Of a stretch of DNA of 64,000 nucleotides, positions 53,001-62,907 are shown one piece after another (position 1 is the stretch's first letter; each line of letters starts with the position of its first letter). The notes beneath the pieces were generated by a model. It saw only the letters and a list, made by a program, of their open reading frames with translations, was not told the DNA's origin and made no database searches. The position numbers and the translations under genes are program-made. The DNA comes from Octopus vulgaris. Taxonomy: Eukaryota. Where the stretch lies: contig OX597818.1 of assembly GCA_951406725.2 (NCBI GenBank), positions 133,920,001 through 133,984,000 of the forward strand, given 5' to 3'.

Positions 53001-56000
53001 TCCCAGATATCTGAAGTCATTTACACATTTCAAGTTTGCATCCTTTTATGACTTAGTGAAAATGTACCATTGTAAACAGAAACCCTTAAATAACGCAGGC
53101 CCAAATTTGTGTGACTCTTCTTGTTAGCAAAGAAAATATGTTGTACATAAGTTATTACTACAGGCATAATGGCCCAGTGGTTAGGGCAGTGGACTCGCGG
53201 TCAGAGGATCGTGGTTTCGATCCCCAGACCAGGCGTTGTGAATGTTTATTGAGCGAAAACACCTAAAGCTCCACGATGCTCCGGCAGGGGGTGGTGGTGA
53301 ACCCTGCTGTACTCTTCCGCCCCCAACTTTCTCTCATTCTTTCCTCCTGTTTCTGTTGTACCTGTATTTCAAAGGGCCAGCCTTGTCACACTCTCTGTCA
53401 TGCTGAATCTCCCCCGAGAACTACGTTAAGGGTACACGTGTCTGTGGAGGGCTCAGCCGCTTGCACGTTAATTTCACGAGCACGCTGTTCCGTTGGTCGG
53501 ATCAACTGGAACCCTCGTCGTTGCAACCGATGGAGTGCCACGATGATGACTACAGGCAGCTGCAGCTGTTGCTGGAGCTCACAAATGTATGGGTTGCAGA
53601 GATGAGAACAAGGAAGCATGGAGAAGACTGGACAATGAGACACATGTGTGCTCAACAAGATATGAAATGTAATTTCAGTAAAAGAGACACAGCAAAGGTG
53701 ATCTTAGAAGACAACTGGGCTTTTAAAACTTTGTGGTGCCTCAGAGATATTTACATTACAGATAGTGGATTTCTGCTAGATGAAAATAGGCTTGTGATGT
53801 AGGCAGGGAATTAGACATCACATGAAAAAGCATGGAATTTGAACACCTGGAGATAAGAGTACTTCTGCAGTCACTTGATCAACAAGAAATAGTAGCTAAA
53901 TTGTTATTGAATTAAATGAAATTCTAGATATACTCGTTTACTTGTTTCAGTCATTTGACTGCGGCCATGCTGGAGCACCGCCTTTAGTCGAGCAAATCGA
54001 CCCCGGGACTTATTCTTTGTATTCTATCGGTCTCTTTTGCCGAACCGCTAAGTGACGGGGACGTAAACACACCAGCATCGGTTGTCAAGCAATGCTAGGG
54101 GGACAAACACAGACACACAAATGCACACATATATATATACGACAGGCTTCTTTCAGTTTCCGTCTTACCAAATCCACTCACAAGGCATTGGTCGGCCCGG
54201 GGCTATAGCAGAAGACACTTGCCCAAGATGCCACGCAGTGGGACTGAACCCGCAACCATGTGGTTGGTTAGCAAGCTATTTACCACACAGCCACTCCTGC
54301 ACCTATCTATTATCTATTATCTATTCATATATAAAATAGAGATGTGTGTGTATTTGCTTTTCACGTGAAAACGGATGCACCAGTTACTTCCATACTTGTG
54401 ATGCGTGAATAATTTGACCTCGGACATATAATAGGGTCTTCATTTGATTTTTCTTTTTAGAAATAAAAAATATTACTTTATATCTATGATTCACTTCTTT
54501 AAAAAGGTTTCTCAATGTCAACTTCCGGTATTGACATAAAAACGGCGAAGTCTCTCTCTCTCTCTATTTTAATGTTTGCTATTTGTAAACAACTATGATA
54601 AATTACTTAAAGAGATATTTATGAAGTTCACAAATTTCAATATTCGGTACAAGATAGTTTTTAACGTACTTTTATTTATACGATTTTTTCATTCCGTATT
54701 TATCTCATTCACACACACACACACACTCTTTCTCTCTTTCCAGGTTTGATTTCGTTCTGAACTCGCCCACTTCATTAATTTCCTTAAAAAAATTTTATTT
54801 ATTTTCTTTTTGCACGTCATGTTCAGCTCTGTATTGAGGGTTAAGGGTTAGGTGGTGTGGACTCGCTTTACCTTCGCCCATTTTATGATGAGTTATTTCC
54901 CATGGAAAGCCCCCCCCATCTTCTCGCTTTTTTTTTTTTTTTTTTTTTTCACCCCCAAAAAATACCACTTTCGGATACGGAGATTCTGGAAAATCGCAAA
55001 AAATCGGCATTTTGAAATTTTGTCCACTTCCCACCAATGCCTTCATTTTTCACTTTATTCCCTAACCACAAAAAAAATTTGGAATTTTTTCTCAGAATCA
55101 TAATCTCCTATTTTTCTGCATATTTTGAAAAAATAAATTCTGAAAAAAAGTTTAAAATGAAGAAATTAGGGGTGAGGAAAATTTCAAAATGCCGATTTTT
55201 GCCAATTTTTTTGCATATTCGTATTCTCCATAAACGAAAACAGGGGTTTGTGTAGGAAAATAAATAAATAAAAAACGGTGTGATTTTGGTGGAAGTCTTG
55301 CCTTTCCGGTCCAGGCACAAAATTTGACATAATAGTATATATTAGTTATAGACTGACTTTTAAGAAAGAAATTGTGAAGCAGTCTTCTTACAATTCACAG
55401 ACGATATTGTCGGGCCTCTTATATCATTAATAATAACGTCCAACATGTTTGTTTATATTCACGAGTGCCCGTTTTCCGTATTTCATTTTTTGTATAAAAT
55501 ATTTAAAAATAGATGAATCTTCCTAAGTTTTTGCATGCTTATGTGTATGTGTGAGAGAGAGAGACTGATATTTAAGTGGCACTCTCTCTCTCTCACACTC
55601 ACTCTCTCTCACACACGTCTATTTCATCTGATGTTTGATACTATATGTGTGTGTATGCGTGCGTGCGATATTCCACAATCGCCAGAAAAAAAGCAGAGGA
55701 ATTTTCTTTCTTGATGCTCTTGGTGGCACAGGTAAAACATTTGTAACATTGCTTCTCTCCAAGGTAAGGCAACGAATATGAATTGCAGTTGCTGTACCAT
55801 TGTCTGACTTTGCTTCCACCATTCTCCCAGGAGGACGAACAGCTCATTCTGCTTTTAAATTACCACTAAACCTGGTCACAAATGACAGTCCAATGTGTAA
55901 CATAAGCAAAGATTCTGGTTCACCAGAGTATGTCATAATGGAAGAAATTTAAATGATGTATTTATTCTTTTTAATTTAAAGGTAAACAAGAAGCCGTAGA

Positions 56001-59000
56001 AGCTACAATTGCTGCTTTGGAAGCTGTGGTTGAACCATTGAAATCTATGACCCAGATGTTAGTAAATATTTGTGCTTATGCAGGTAAGATGTAAAATATT
56101 TTTCTGTGGCCTTGAAAAAGTATTTACATGCATACTATACAGTAAAGTTTCCTTTGGCACTTTTTTAATTGATGACACAGCAAGTTGTGAGGACGGGTGC
56201 CGGATCTGCTTTCAGCAGTGAGCAACACTTTAATATGCGTACTTGTGGTTATGTGATATATACCAGTGAAGGTTAACTCGTTTGAGCTTGGATATCTACT
56301 TATTTCTTTATTACCCACAAGGGGCTAAACACAGAGGGGACAAACTAGGACAGACATAGGTATTAAGTCGATTACATCGACTCCAGTGCGTAACTGGTAC
56401 TTAATTTATCGACCCCGAAAGGATGAAAGGCAAAGTCGACCTCGGCGGAATTTGAACTCAGAACGTAACGACAGACGAAATACGGCTACGCACTTCGCCC
56501 GGCGTGCTAACGTTTCTGCCAACTCGAACTGTTACCAGTAAGCAGAAACTCAACAGACACAGACTATCTATTTTCATCAATTCAGCTTCGTAACTTAAAC
56601 GTCTTATTTTGATACTGAAAGGTAATAAGTTATTTCCCTTGAAGCTCAAGTTTACCAGAGTGGTTTTTTTTTTTTTTTTTTTTCCTAATACAAATTCTGT
56701 AGTCCCAAGGTTACTAAAACTTGAAAACTTGATTTACTTTTAATTACTTTTTTTTATAGAAACCTGTAAGCTGCATTTCATAATTCTACAAAAAGAATAA
56801 AGAACACGCACACATACACACACACATGGGGTCATCTGGTGGCCAGGAGGTAATCATTTCTACATGATAATTGGCATGAGGAGAACTTTGAATTTAAAAT
56901 CAAGGAACAAATTTCTGGTCTTATATAATGATGTATTTCGCTCTCATTTGAAATTGTCAGCAGGGAATATATTTTCCTTTTAAAGGTATCAGAATTGCTC
57001 CTTTAACAAGACAGATTTTTTTTGTTCACTTGAAAAGGTAGATGTCAAGTAATGATTAACAGAATCAGCAGAGCTTCATACAAAGTACTTTGTGGGATAT
57101 AAGTTATGTTCTAAATTCACTTTTCAGGTTGTCTTTGCCTTTCATCCTTTCCGGGGTCTGTTGCTTTAACCCTTTTGTTACCAACCCGGCTGAAACCGGC
57201 TCTGGTCTGTACTACAAATGTTTCATTTTCATAAGTTTTGAATTAAAATTTTCCACCAAACATTAGTCACAAGTTATGTTCCTAACACTAGCTGAATGAT
57301 AAACTAAGTTATTTTACTAAATTCTTTGTTACATTTAAAATAATTGAAAGAAACTCAGAGCATCTCAAAATAAATACAGTAACGAAAGGGTTAATAGAAT
57401 TCTACTGCAAGTGCCATGTGTCAGTACAATCTATTGAATCATTGAACATGGTGCCCTAGCATGGTGACAGTCCAGTGGCTGAAGCCATGAAAGAATGGAC
57501 ACAACTTTTAATTTTCCTTCTTAAAAATGTTTATACATACATCTGATTGAATATTTTTTTAAATCTAAATTTCAGGTACTGGTAATGTATTAAAGATTCA
57601 GCAACTTCTACATTTATGTTCAGAGCATGATGAATCCAAAGATCAGGTTAGTTTTAACATATGAAAGTCACACTTGTCTTGTGTATGTTGTTATTTCTTT
57701 TTATGTATCATACCTGGTTTTGTGAAATGGTTATTCAGCTTATAAAGTTTTATGTTGTTGTAAGAGCAATAGATTTAAGATGTCAGCTCCGAGTATGTTG
57801 AACTTACAAACTAGTTTCTTTTCATATTTGGAACTAATTCTGTAAGAAAGATATTGAGGTTATGTACAGTAAATCCTCAAGTATAGTCTGCCCTTGAGTA
57901 TAATACGCAGGGGATTTTTAGGGGGCTGTACCTCTGAAAAACCTAAACCATGTGTATAATTCGCACCCCTTCTCTAACTTGAGTCAAGGAGGTCTGTATA
58001 ATGTCCTTGGTTTGTAAAACTGTATATGGTAACGTCCTTTATTATTATTGTATATATAACATAATGCAAACGTGTAGCTTTTTTGTGCATTTTGTTTGCA
58101 GAAAATAAAGAAATAAAAGTAATAACATTTAATAAATGTTGCTTATTGCAAGTTATGGATGATTCTTTTATGACTTCATTGCTTTCAGGCTTAGCTTAAG
58201 GTATTTTCGCGCCCGATATCACAAAATGTGTCTGAATAAACATTGCCAGACAGCAAATAGAGACACAGACATTGCTTAGAAAATATTTTTCATTTTTAAC
58301 CTCGTATATAGCACGCACTAGGGATTTTGACCTTTAAATTTTGGGGGGGAAATGCGGATTATACTCGAGGATTTATGGTAATCTTATTTTCCTTATCTCT
58401 GACTTTAGGGATGACTTTAATGTAAAATGTTTTTAACATTGAATTTCAGGATGGTAATGATAAAAAAGAGGACAAAAAGAAGAAGGAAGACAAGAAAGAT
58501 GAGAAAAAAGACAAAGACGATAAAGACAAAGATGCTGTTCCTGCTAAACCAGATCTCTCAGCTCAACAAGGTGAGTTCTTTTTTTTTCTTATTGAACTGG
58601 CGGTGCCCCAGCATGGCCACAGCTCATAAGCTGAAACTAGAATCAATCAATCAATCAAAACTATGATAATGATAATATTGTATACATTGCTCAGGTGCAC
58701 CACAACTTGTCAGAAAGTGCATATAAAGTACATGCAGTAATGTAGAAATGTCTGGAAAGCGAACAATGTATGAGTCAGATACATGCTTGTGTGTGTATGG
58801 AGGGGAGAAAATCAGGTGTAGTATTGGCGAATCTCAGAAAGCATGGAAGTTTTGAAGGATGCAGTGCTCCGACAACTAACAACTGATGCCGGCAGTTTGT
58901 TCCATGCTTCAGCAACTCTCAGCGTGAAAAAATATTTCCTGAAGTCATGGGAGCTGTGCTGTTTTCTGACTTTGTAAATATGTCCACGGGTGTTAGATGG

Positions 59001-62000
59001 GTGGAGTTTGAAAAGGTGCTCAGAGTTATTGTTTCAGAGTTAAGACATTTCTGTTTTGGTTATCAAATTACATTACTCTTACTCTCTTCTTAAGCAGTAA
59101 AGTCTATATGGTGTAATGGATATGGTATTGGACTACTTGTTTAATACATTATTAGTTCAAACCTGCTGTGTTTCTGGAGAGAACACTTTATTGTGATTTA
59201 CTTCGTTTTCACCTTGCTGTCAGGAATAGTTAGCATAGTAGTTCTCAATCTTTTTGACTTAATGGGATGTTGGAAGTGAAATAAAAAGAATTTCTTGTGC
59301 ATTTCCATGGAAAGTTTACCAAAAACCTCTGTTGATACCAACCCACTTGAGGTCATTCCTGTCTAATGATAGAAAATATATACACATCAAAATGTTCCAG
59401 TTATATTATGTCCCAAATAATAGTCTTTCCATTTGATACTCATTTTGTTGTTATTTTATATTACATGTCTTAATTTGTTTGTTTGGTTTTTTTTTCACAG
59501 GTTTTGCTGTTATAGGAATTGCACTTATTTCTATGGGGGAAGAGATCGGAGCTGAAATGTCTTTCAGAGCTTTTGGACATTTGGTAAGTTTTGTTTTATA
59601 AAGTTCTTTATTTCATGAAGAAATCAAGCTCTCTCTCTTAGACACTGGCATAGGTATGTGGTCAAGAAGTTCACTTCTTGTGGTATATTGGGAAAGTTTC
59701 TACCATAGCCCAGGTCAACCAAATCTTTGAGTGTATTTGGGAAAGCCCATCACGGACGTGTGTGTGTGCATACTTGCATATGTGCATGGATATGTGTTTG
59801 CCTGTGTCTCCTTGTCATCACAATAGTTGTAAACAAGTATCACCATCATACAAGCAATATCACCCATTTCCAATCATCTGCGAAAACATAACTGGCCATA
59901 AGGAAATATCACCTTACTTAGATACAGTTTAAGGTTAACGGCAGAAAAGCCATCTGACTAGAAAATATTCCTCAATGAATGAAAGAAATGGACATTAAGA
60001 CGATGATATATATATGTATGTATCATAGTCATTGTTTTAATGTCCACATTTCCATGCTCACATGGGTCAGGTGGATGCCTTTGCTGTTACCAATCTTCAC
60101 CTTCTTCCAAGTAGGGTCATATTACCTGATGTTTTGACATGTTTTTACAGAATATTAGAAAAAAGGACTCCACATTTATGACGGTGACATTTGCTCATTT
60201 ATAGCTAATCACATGATGTTAAAACAACAAAACAAGAACACACACACACATATTTGAAACTTCTTTCAGATACTATCTACTAAATCAATCACAAGTCTTT
60301 GGTCAGCTAGGGGCTAGTAGAAGACAATTGTTCAAGGTGTCATACACTGGGACTGAACTTGAGCACATTGACATATGTATTTTGAGATAGGCTAGTGTCA
60401 TAGAATTTGAAACGGTTTAAGAAACAGTCTGATACCCTTCTTAACACCTGCCGCCTTTCATGTTGCAGTGGCATGAGTGCTTTTATATGGCACCAGCACA
60501 GGACTCTTGCAGGATATGGCCTTAACACTTCTGCTGTTGAGGATGGGTTTTCTTGAGGACAGCAAGGTGCTAGTTATCTTGGTCCTCATCTGATTTTAAT
60601 TTTAAAAAGAACACATTAAAGCTTTAATTTTTTAGATGCTTTTTATTATATATGAGCATATTTGGTACAAAATGTAATATTAAAAATTAATATTTTGAAT
60701 TATAGTAATTTCCTCTTGTAGTACAGCACTGTGTGTTATATATAGTATTAAAGTTTTTAAAACAATTTAGGCCTCAAAACCAAGATGTTTTAGTATACAT
60801 GGTAATGTGTAATTTGTGGGTTTTTTACACTAGTATATAATTGTTAGCTTTGTTCTTGGTTGATTAAATTGAAATATTCTTGTCATTATCTGCTTCCAGC
60901 TACGTTACGGAGAACCAGTTATTCGACGAGCTGTTCCTTTGGCTTTAGCATTGGTGTCAGCTTCCAATCCCAAACTACAGATTTTGGATACCTTAAGCAA
61001 GTTTTCACATGACAGTGATTCTGAAGTCAGTTATAATGCTATTTTAGCTATGGGTATTGTTGGTGCAGGTAAGTCAGCACACAGATTTTATTATAAATTA
61101 CTGTTGTATTTTTTCTGTTTGTTTGTTTGTTTTATTTTTAAGTGTTTCAATTTCATCTCTTGTTTCTACATTTTAAAAGGCAAATACTACCACAGGGAAT
61201 CTTTCTTTAACCCTTTAGTGTTTAAACCGGCCATATCTGGCCCAATATATTCTACATGTTTTATATTCAAACTGTCAATATCTAGACTCTCACACCTAAC
61301 CTACAATGTCATTCGAAATATAAACAATCACATCATTGAAACCTCAAAGCTATAAGATAATGCATGATTAATTCAAAACAATTTGAGTGGAAAAGTATTA
61401 CCTTTAACAGAGTAATCTGAACACTAAAGGGTTAAAGAAAACATAGTCAGCAGTGAAATTAGAAGTATTGCAATTGTATTTTCACGAAATTGAAGTGCAT
61501 GGGAAAATGCTGATCAATTTCTGCTGTTAGAAAATATTAACGATTAACCCGTTAGCATTTAAACCAGTCATATCCAAATGTCCTACCTGTTTTGTGTTCA
61601 AACCAACCAGATTCACCCTCCCATTTACCCTACAGTATCATTCTAAAAATAAACTATGTCATTAAAATCTCGATGCTACCAGATAATGCATGATTAAATC
61701 AAAGCAATGTGTGTAAATTAGCATTACATTTGACAGAGTAATTTGAATGATAAAGAGTTAAGTGATTGACCACATAATCATTTGTTCAAAGTTTGTTCCA
61801 GCTGAATGAAGTATGCTAAAGTCAAAGTAAGATGTTCCACACAAACACTTCACAGTTGAGGAGTTAGTATCAAGGACACAGTTTCATGGAATTTGATATT
61901 GTAAAATGATTTTTAAGAAAAGTCCATCTCCACAAAATGGTTATTTGTACATAATAGCTTATCATATATGATGTTTATTGAGATAGATTCAGAATTACCT

Positions 62001-62907
62001 GCTATGTGTAAACAATGACACAAGCATGGTTGTGTGCTTAAAAAATTGGCTTCACAACCATGTGATTTTGGATTCAGTCCCTTCGTGTGGCACCTTAGGT
62101 AAATGTTTTCTACTCAAACCTCATACTGACCGATGCCCTTGTGAAATAATTTAGTGGACAGTAACTGTGTAGAAGCCTAGTGTATGTATATATGTGTATA
62201 TGCCTTTGTGTTTGCTTCTTGCTACTTGGCAGCCAGTCTTTGTTGGTTTATGTACTTTCAACTTTGCAGTTTGACAAAAGAGGTTAACAGAAATTGTGTC
62301 AAACATAAAATAAATACCGGGATCAATTTTGACTAAACCCCTCAACACAGTGCCCCAGCATGGTTGCTGTCCAATGACTAAAACAGGTAAAAAAGATAAA
62401 AGAAAACAAACAGAGGTATTTAACGGAAGGGGAAAAGGTCACCATTTAAAATCCTTACCATTCTACATCATGTATGGAGCAGCATCTTAGATACATCCAA
62501 ATAATAGGTGCCATTTGAAAGTATTATTCTTGTTGGTTTTTAAAAAAAAAGTAGAAAATGTATTAATCAATAACTCAAATAGAGTATTATAAAATGACAT
62601 CAATTTACATCCACCAGAATTTGTTCAAATGATTTTTCTCTGTCTTTTCCAATTCTAACTGCCCCACTTCTCTTCCCTCCTACAGGTACAAACAATGCAC
62701 GATTGGCTGCCATGTTGCGTCAGCTGGCTGGCTATCATGCTAAAGATCCAAACAACTTATTTATGGTACGCCTAGCACAAGGTTTGACTCACTTAGGTAA
62801 AGGGACTCTCACTCTTTGTCCATATCATAGTGACAGATCTTTGATGAGCCCAGTAGCTGTTGCAGGTTTGCTGTCTGTACTCATATCCTGTCTTGATGTT
62901 AAAACCA
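25311..62907 (+). CDS. PSMD2: 26S proteasome non-ATPase regulatory subunit 2 (Rpn1): 19 coding exons, 2416 nt (about 805 aa); 3' end lies outside the window
   Basis: All exons are GT-AG bounded and phase-consistent. Hallmark motifs: [77 protein letters not shown]. Confidence 0.97.
25496..25511 (-). promoter_or_regulatory. Antioxidant response element (CNC-sMaf; Nrf1/CncC-type) in PSMD2 intron 1
   Basis: Minus strand ATGACATAGCAGAAAT = RTGACnnnGCA plus AT-rich flank, about 100 bp downstream of exon 1. Confidence 0.5.
27976..28205. repeat. ~116-bp tandem duplication covering an RTE tail and its flank
   Basis: ttaagagatgttggtgatcatcatttaatgtccc...ctccagtctgatttg occurs at 27976 and 28092. Confidence 0.85.
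29080..30660 (+). mobile_element. Fragments of an old RTE LINE reverse transcriptase with nested MITE and SINE
   Basis: [14 protein letters not shown] (about 29120) and FLYADDIV (about 30341). Confidence 0.55.
29400..30037. mobile_element. hAT (Charlie-like) MITE containing an old family A SINE
   Basis: cagtggttctc...aaccacta; degenerate 8-bp TSD gtcgagat/gtttagat. Confidence 0.6.
31901..32086 (+). mobile_element. RTE LINE 3' end inserted into a piggyBac-type MITE (about 31786-32189)
   Basis: Family tail interrupts a MITE homologous to 61207-61435. Confidence 0.75.
32448..32770 (-). mobile_element. RTE LINE 3' end (young subfamily)
   Basis: Near-identical to the 11358, 16211 and 38833 copies. 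Confidence 0.8.
33283..33680 (+). mobile_element. CR1-type LINE 3' end (family A variant with a shorter 3'UTR)
   Basis: [15 protein letters not shown]...[11 protein letters not shown]...WNKLP; (ATT)n tail. Confidence 0.82.
33820..33876 (+). CDS. PSMD2: PSMD2 exon 2 ([19 protein letters not shown])
   Basis: tttcag| acceptor, |gtaagt donor; 57 nt. Confidence 0.93.
35074..35731. mobile_element. hAT (Charlie-like) MITE containing a family A SINE (35252-35645, plus strand)
   Basis: TIRs cagtgtttctcaacc / gattgagaaccact. Confidence 0.65.
36543..36707 (+). CDS. PSMD2: PSMD2 exon 3
   Basis: [12 protein letters not shown]...[16 protein letters not shown]...EETK; ccag| and |gtaagt. Confidence 0.95.
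37145..37402 (+). mobile_element. RTE LINE 3' end
   Basis: Family tail plus (GAT)n. Confidence 0.8.
38355..38543. mobile_element. piggyBac-type MITE family 3
   Basis: TTAAccccttaccc...gggtaaggggTTAA. Confidence 0.75.
38833..39052 (+). mobile_element. RTE LINE 3' end (young subfamily)
   Basis: Family tail plus (GAT)n. Confidence 0.8.
39334..39455 (+). CDS. PSMD2: PSMD2 exon 4
   Basis: [13 protein letters not shown]...SWGHEYVR; cag| and |gtgagg. Confidence 0.95.
39742..39966 (+). CDS. PSMD2: PSMD2 exon 5
   Basis: [10 protein letters not shown]...[15 protein letters not shown]...RVCLYLT; ccag| and |gttagt. Confidence 0.95.
40568..40726 (+). CDS. PSMD2: PSMD2 exon 6
   Basis: [10 protein letters not shown]...FYSCDD; ctag| and |gtgagt. 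Confidence 0.95.
41025..41235 (+). mobile_element. RTE LINE 3' end
   Basis: Family tail plus (GAT)n. Confidence 0.78.
41778..41922 (+). CDS. PSMD2: PSMD2 exon 7
   Basis: [13 protein letters not shown]...FLALGSE; ttag| and |gtaagt. Confidence 0.93.
42657..42717 (+). CDS. PSMD2: PSMD2 exon 8
   Basis: [20 protein letters not shown]; tttcag| and |gtaagt; 61 nt. Confidence 0.92.
43553..44597 (+). mobile_element. 5'-truncated RTE-clade LINE (ORF2 C-terminus, 3'UTR and (GAT)n tail)
   Basis: [11 protein letters not shown]...[12 protein letters not shown]...[13 protein letters not shown], followed by the ggtggcacgtaaaaagcacc repeats and the tail shared with many short copies in the window. Confidence 0.88.
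45491..45634 (+). CDS. PSMD2: PSMD2 exon 9
   Basis: [26 protein letters not shown]...WLNKNKD; acag| and |gtaagt. Confidence 0.95.
46302..46408 (+). CDS. PSMD2: PSMD2 exon 10
   Basis: [35 protein letters not shown]; acag| and |gtatgg. Confidence 0.95.
46633..46861. mobile_element. piggyBac-type MITE family 1 (other copies 45075-45305, 57166-57394)
   Basis: TTAA TSD; TIR ccctttcgttac / gtaacgaaaggg. Confidence 0.8.
48150..48277 (+). CDS. PSMD2: PSMD2 exon 11
   Basis: [25 protein letters not shown]; tttcag| and |gtaata. Confidence 0.95.
48747..48834 (+). CDS. PSMD2: PSMD2 exon 12
   Basis: [20 protein letters not shown]; ccag| and |gtatgc. Confidence 0.95.
49430..49784 (+). mobile_element. 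RTE LINE 3' end with tandem ~60-bp subrepeats
   Basis: Repeated ggcacgtaaaaagcacc units plus tail. Confidence 0.8.
49870..50240 (+). mobile_element. SINE family A (older)
   Basis: Homologous to the 17313 copy. Confidence 0.75.
50736..50898 (+). CDS. PSMD2: PSMD2 exon 13
   Basis: [21 protein letters not shown]...LGLALTYL; ttcag| and |gtatgt. Confidence 0.95.
52119..52557 (+). mobile_element. Non-autonomous Helitron (same family as 5922-6307)
   Basis: a|TCTCTCTCTATATAAACGGCAG ... ctgggcaaagctggg...CTAG|t. Confidence 0.75.
53163..53542 (+). mobile_element. tRNA-derived SINE family C
   Basis: tggcccagtggttagggcagtggactcgcgg...ggtttcgatcccc. Confidence 0.8.
53930..54305 (-). mobile_element. 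SINE family A
   Basis: Homologous to the 17313 copy. Confidence 0.85.
54306..55925 (+). mobile_element. Degenerate Helitron with a PIF1-type helicase remnant (about 55698-55919)
   Basis: [15 protein letters not shown]...[14 protein letters not shown]...[17 protein letters not shown]...CNISKDSG matches Helitron RepHel motifs I/Ia; in-frame stop. Only the helicase part is firmly assigned. Confidence 0.7.
55982..56083 (+). CDS. PSMD2: PSMD2 exon 14
   Basis: [13 protein letters not shown]...ICAYA; taaag| and |gtaaga. Confidence 0.93.
56300..56527 (-). mobile_element. tRNA-derived SINE family B (Meta/MESC-like core)
   Basis: Minus strand GTTCAAATTCC box B plus gcctttcatcctttcggggtcgataaattaagtaccag core; other copies at about 11780, 20263, 20930, 23870, 24410 and 47500. 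Confidence 0.7.
57576..57646 (+). CDS. PSMD2: PSMD2 exon 15
   Basis: [23 protein letters not shown]; ttcag| and |gttagt. Confidence 0.93.
57867..58378. mobile_element. Tc1/mariner-pogo type MITE
   Basis: TA TSD; TIR cagtaaatcctcaagtatagtc / gattatactcgaggatttatgg. Confidence 0.75.
58450..58570 (+). CDS. PSMD2: PSMD2 exon 16 (K/D/E-rich insert)
   Basis: [40 protein letters not shown]; ttcag| and |gtgagt. Confidence 0.9.
58665..59033 (-). mobile_element. CR1-type LINE 3' end, family A
   Basis: Near-identical to the 4209-4590 copy. Confidence 0.82.
59501..59583 (+). CDS. PSMD2: PSMD2 exon 17
   Basis: [27 protein letters not shown]; acag| and |gtaagt. Confidence 0.95.
60900..61068 (+). CDS. 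PSMD2: PSMD2 exon 18
   Basis: [18 protein letters not shown]...DTLSKFSHD...AMGIVGA; ccag| and |gtaagt. Confidence 0.95.
61207..61435. mobile_element. piggyBac-type MITE family 2 (other copies 61544-61761, 36084-36312, about 31786-32189)
   Basis: TTAA TSD; TIR ccctttagtgtt / aacactaaaggg. Confidence 0.8.
62686..62907 (+). CDS. PSMD2: PSMD2 exon 19
   Basis: [17 protein letters not shown]...[20 protein letters not shown]; acag| and |gtaagt. Confidence 0.95.

Noticed and set aside
53168-53240. tRNA-like sequence
   Set aside because: It is the head of a SINE continuing into a ~380-bp body duplicated at 13912; no intact cloverleaf.
3481-54339. Recurrent ORFs such as ...[13 protein letters not shown]...[19 protein letters not shown] and [17 protein letters not shown]... 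resembling a peptide gene family
   Set aside because: They are translations of SINE A and RTE 3'UTR copies, with frames varying through microsatellites.
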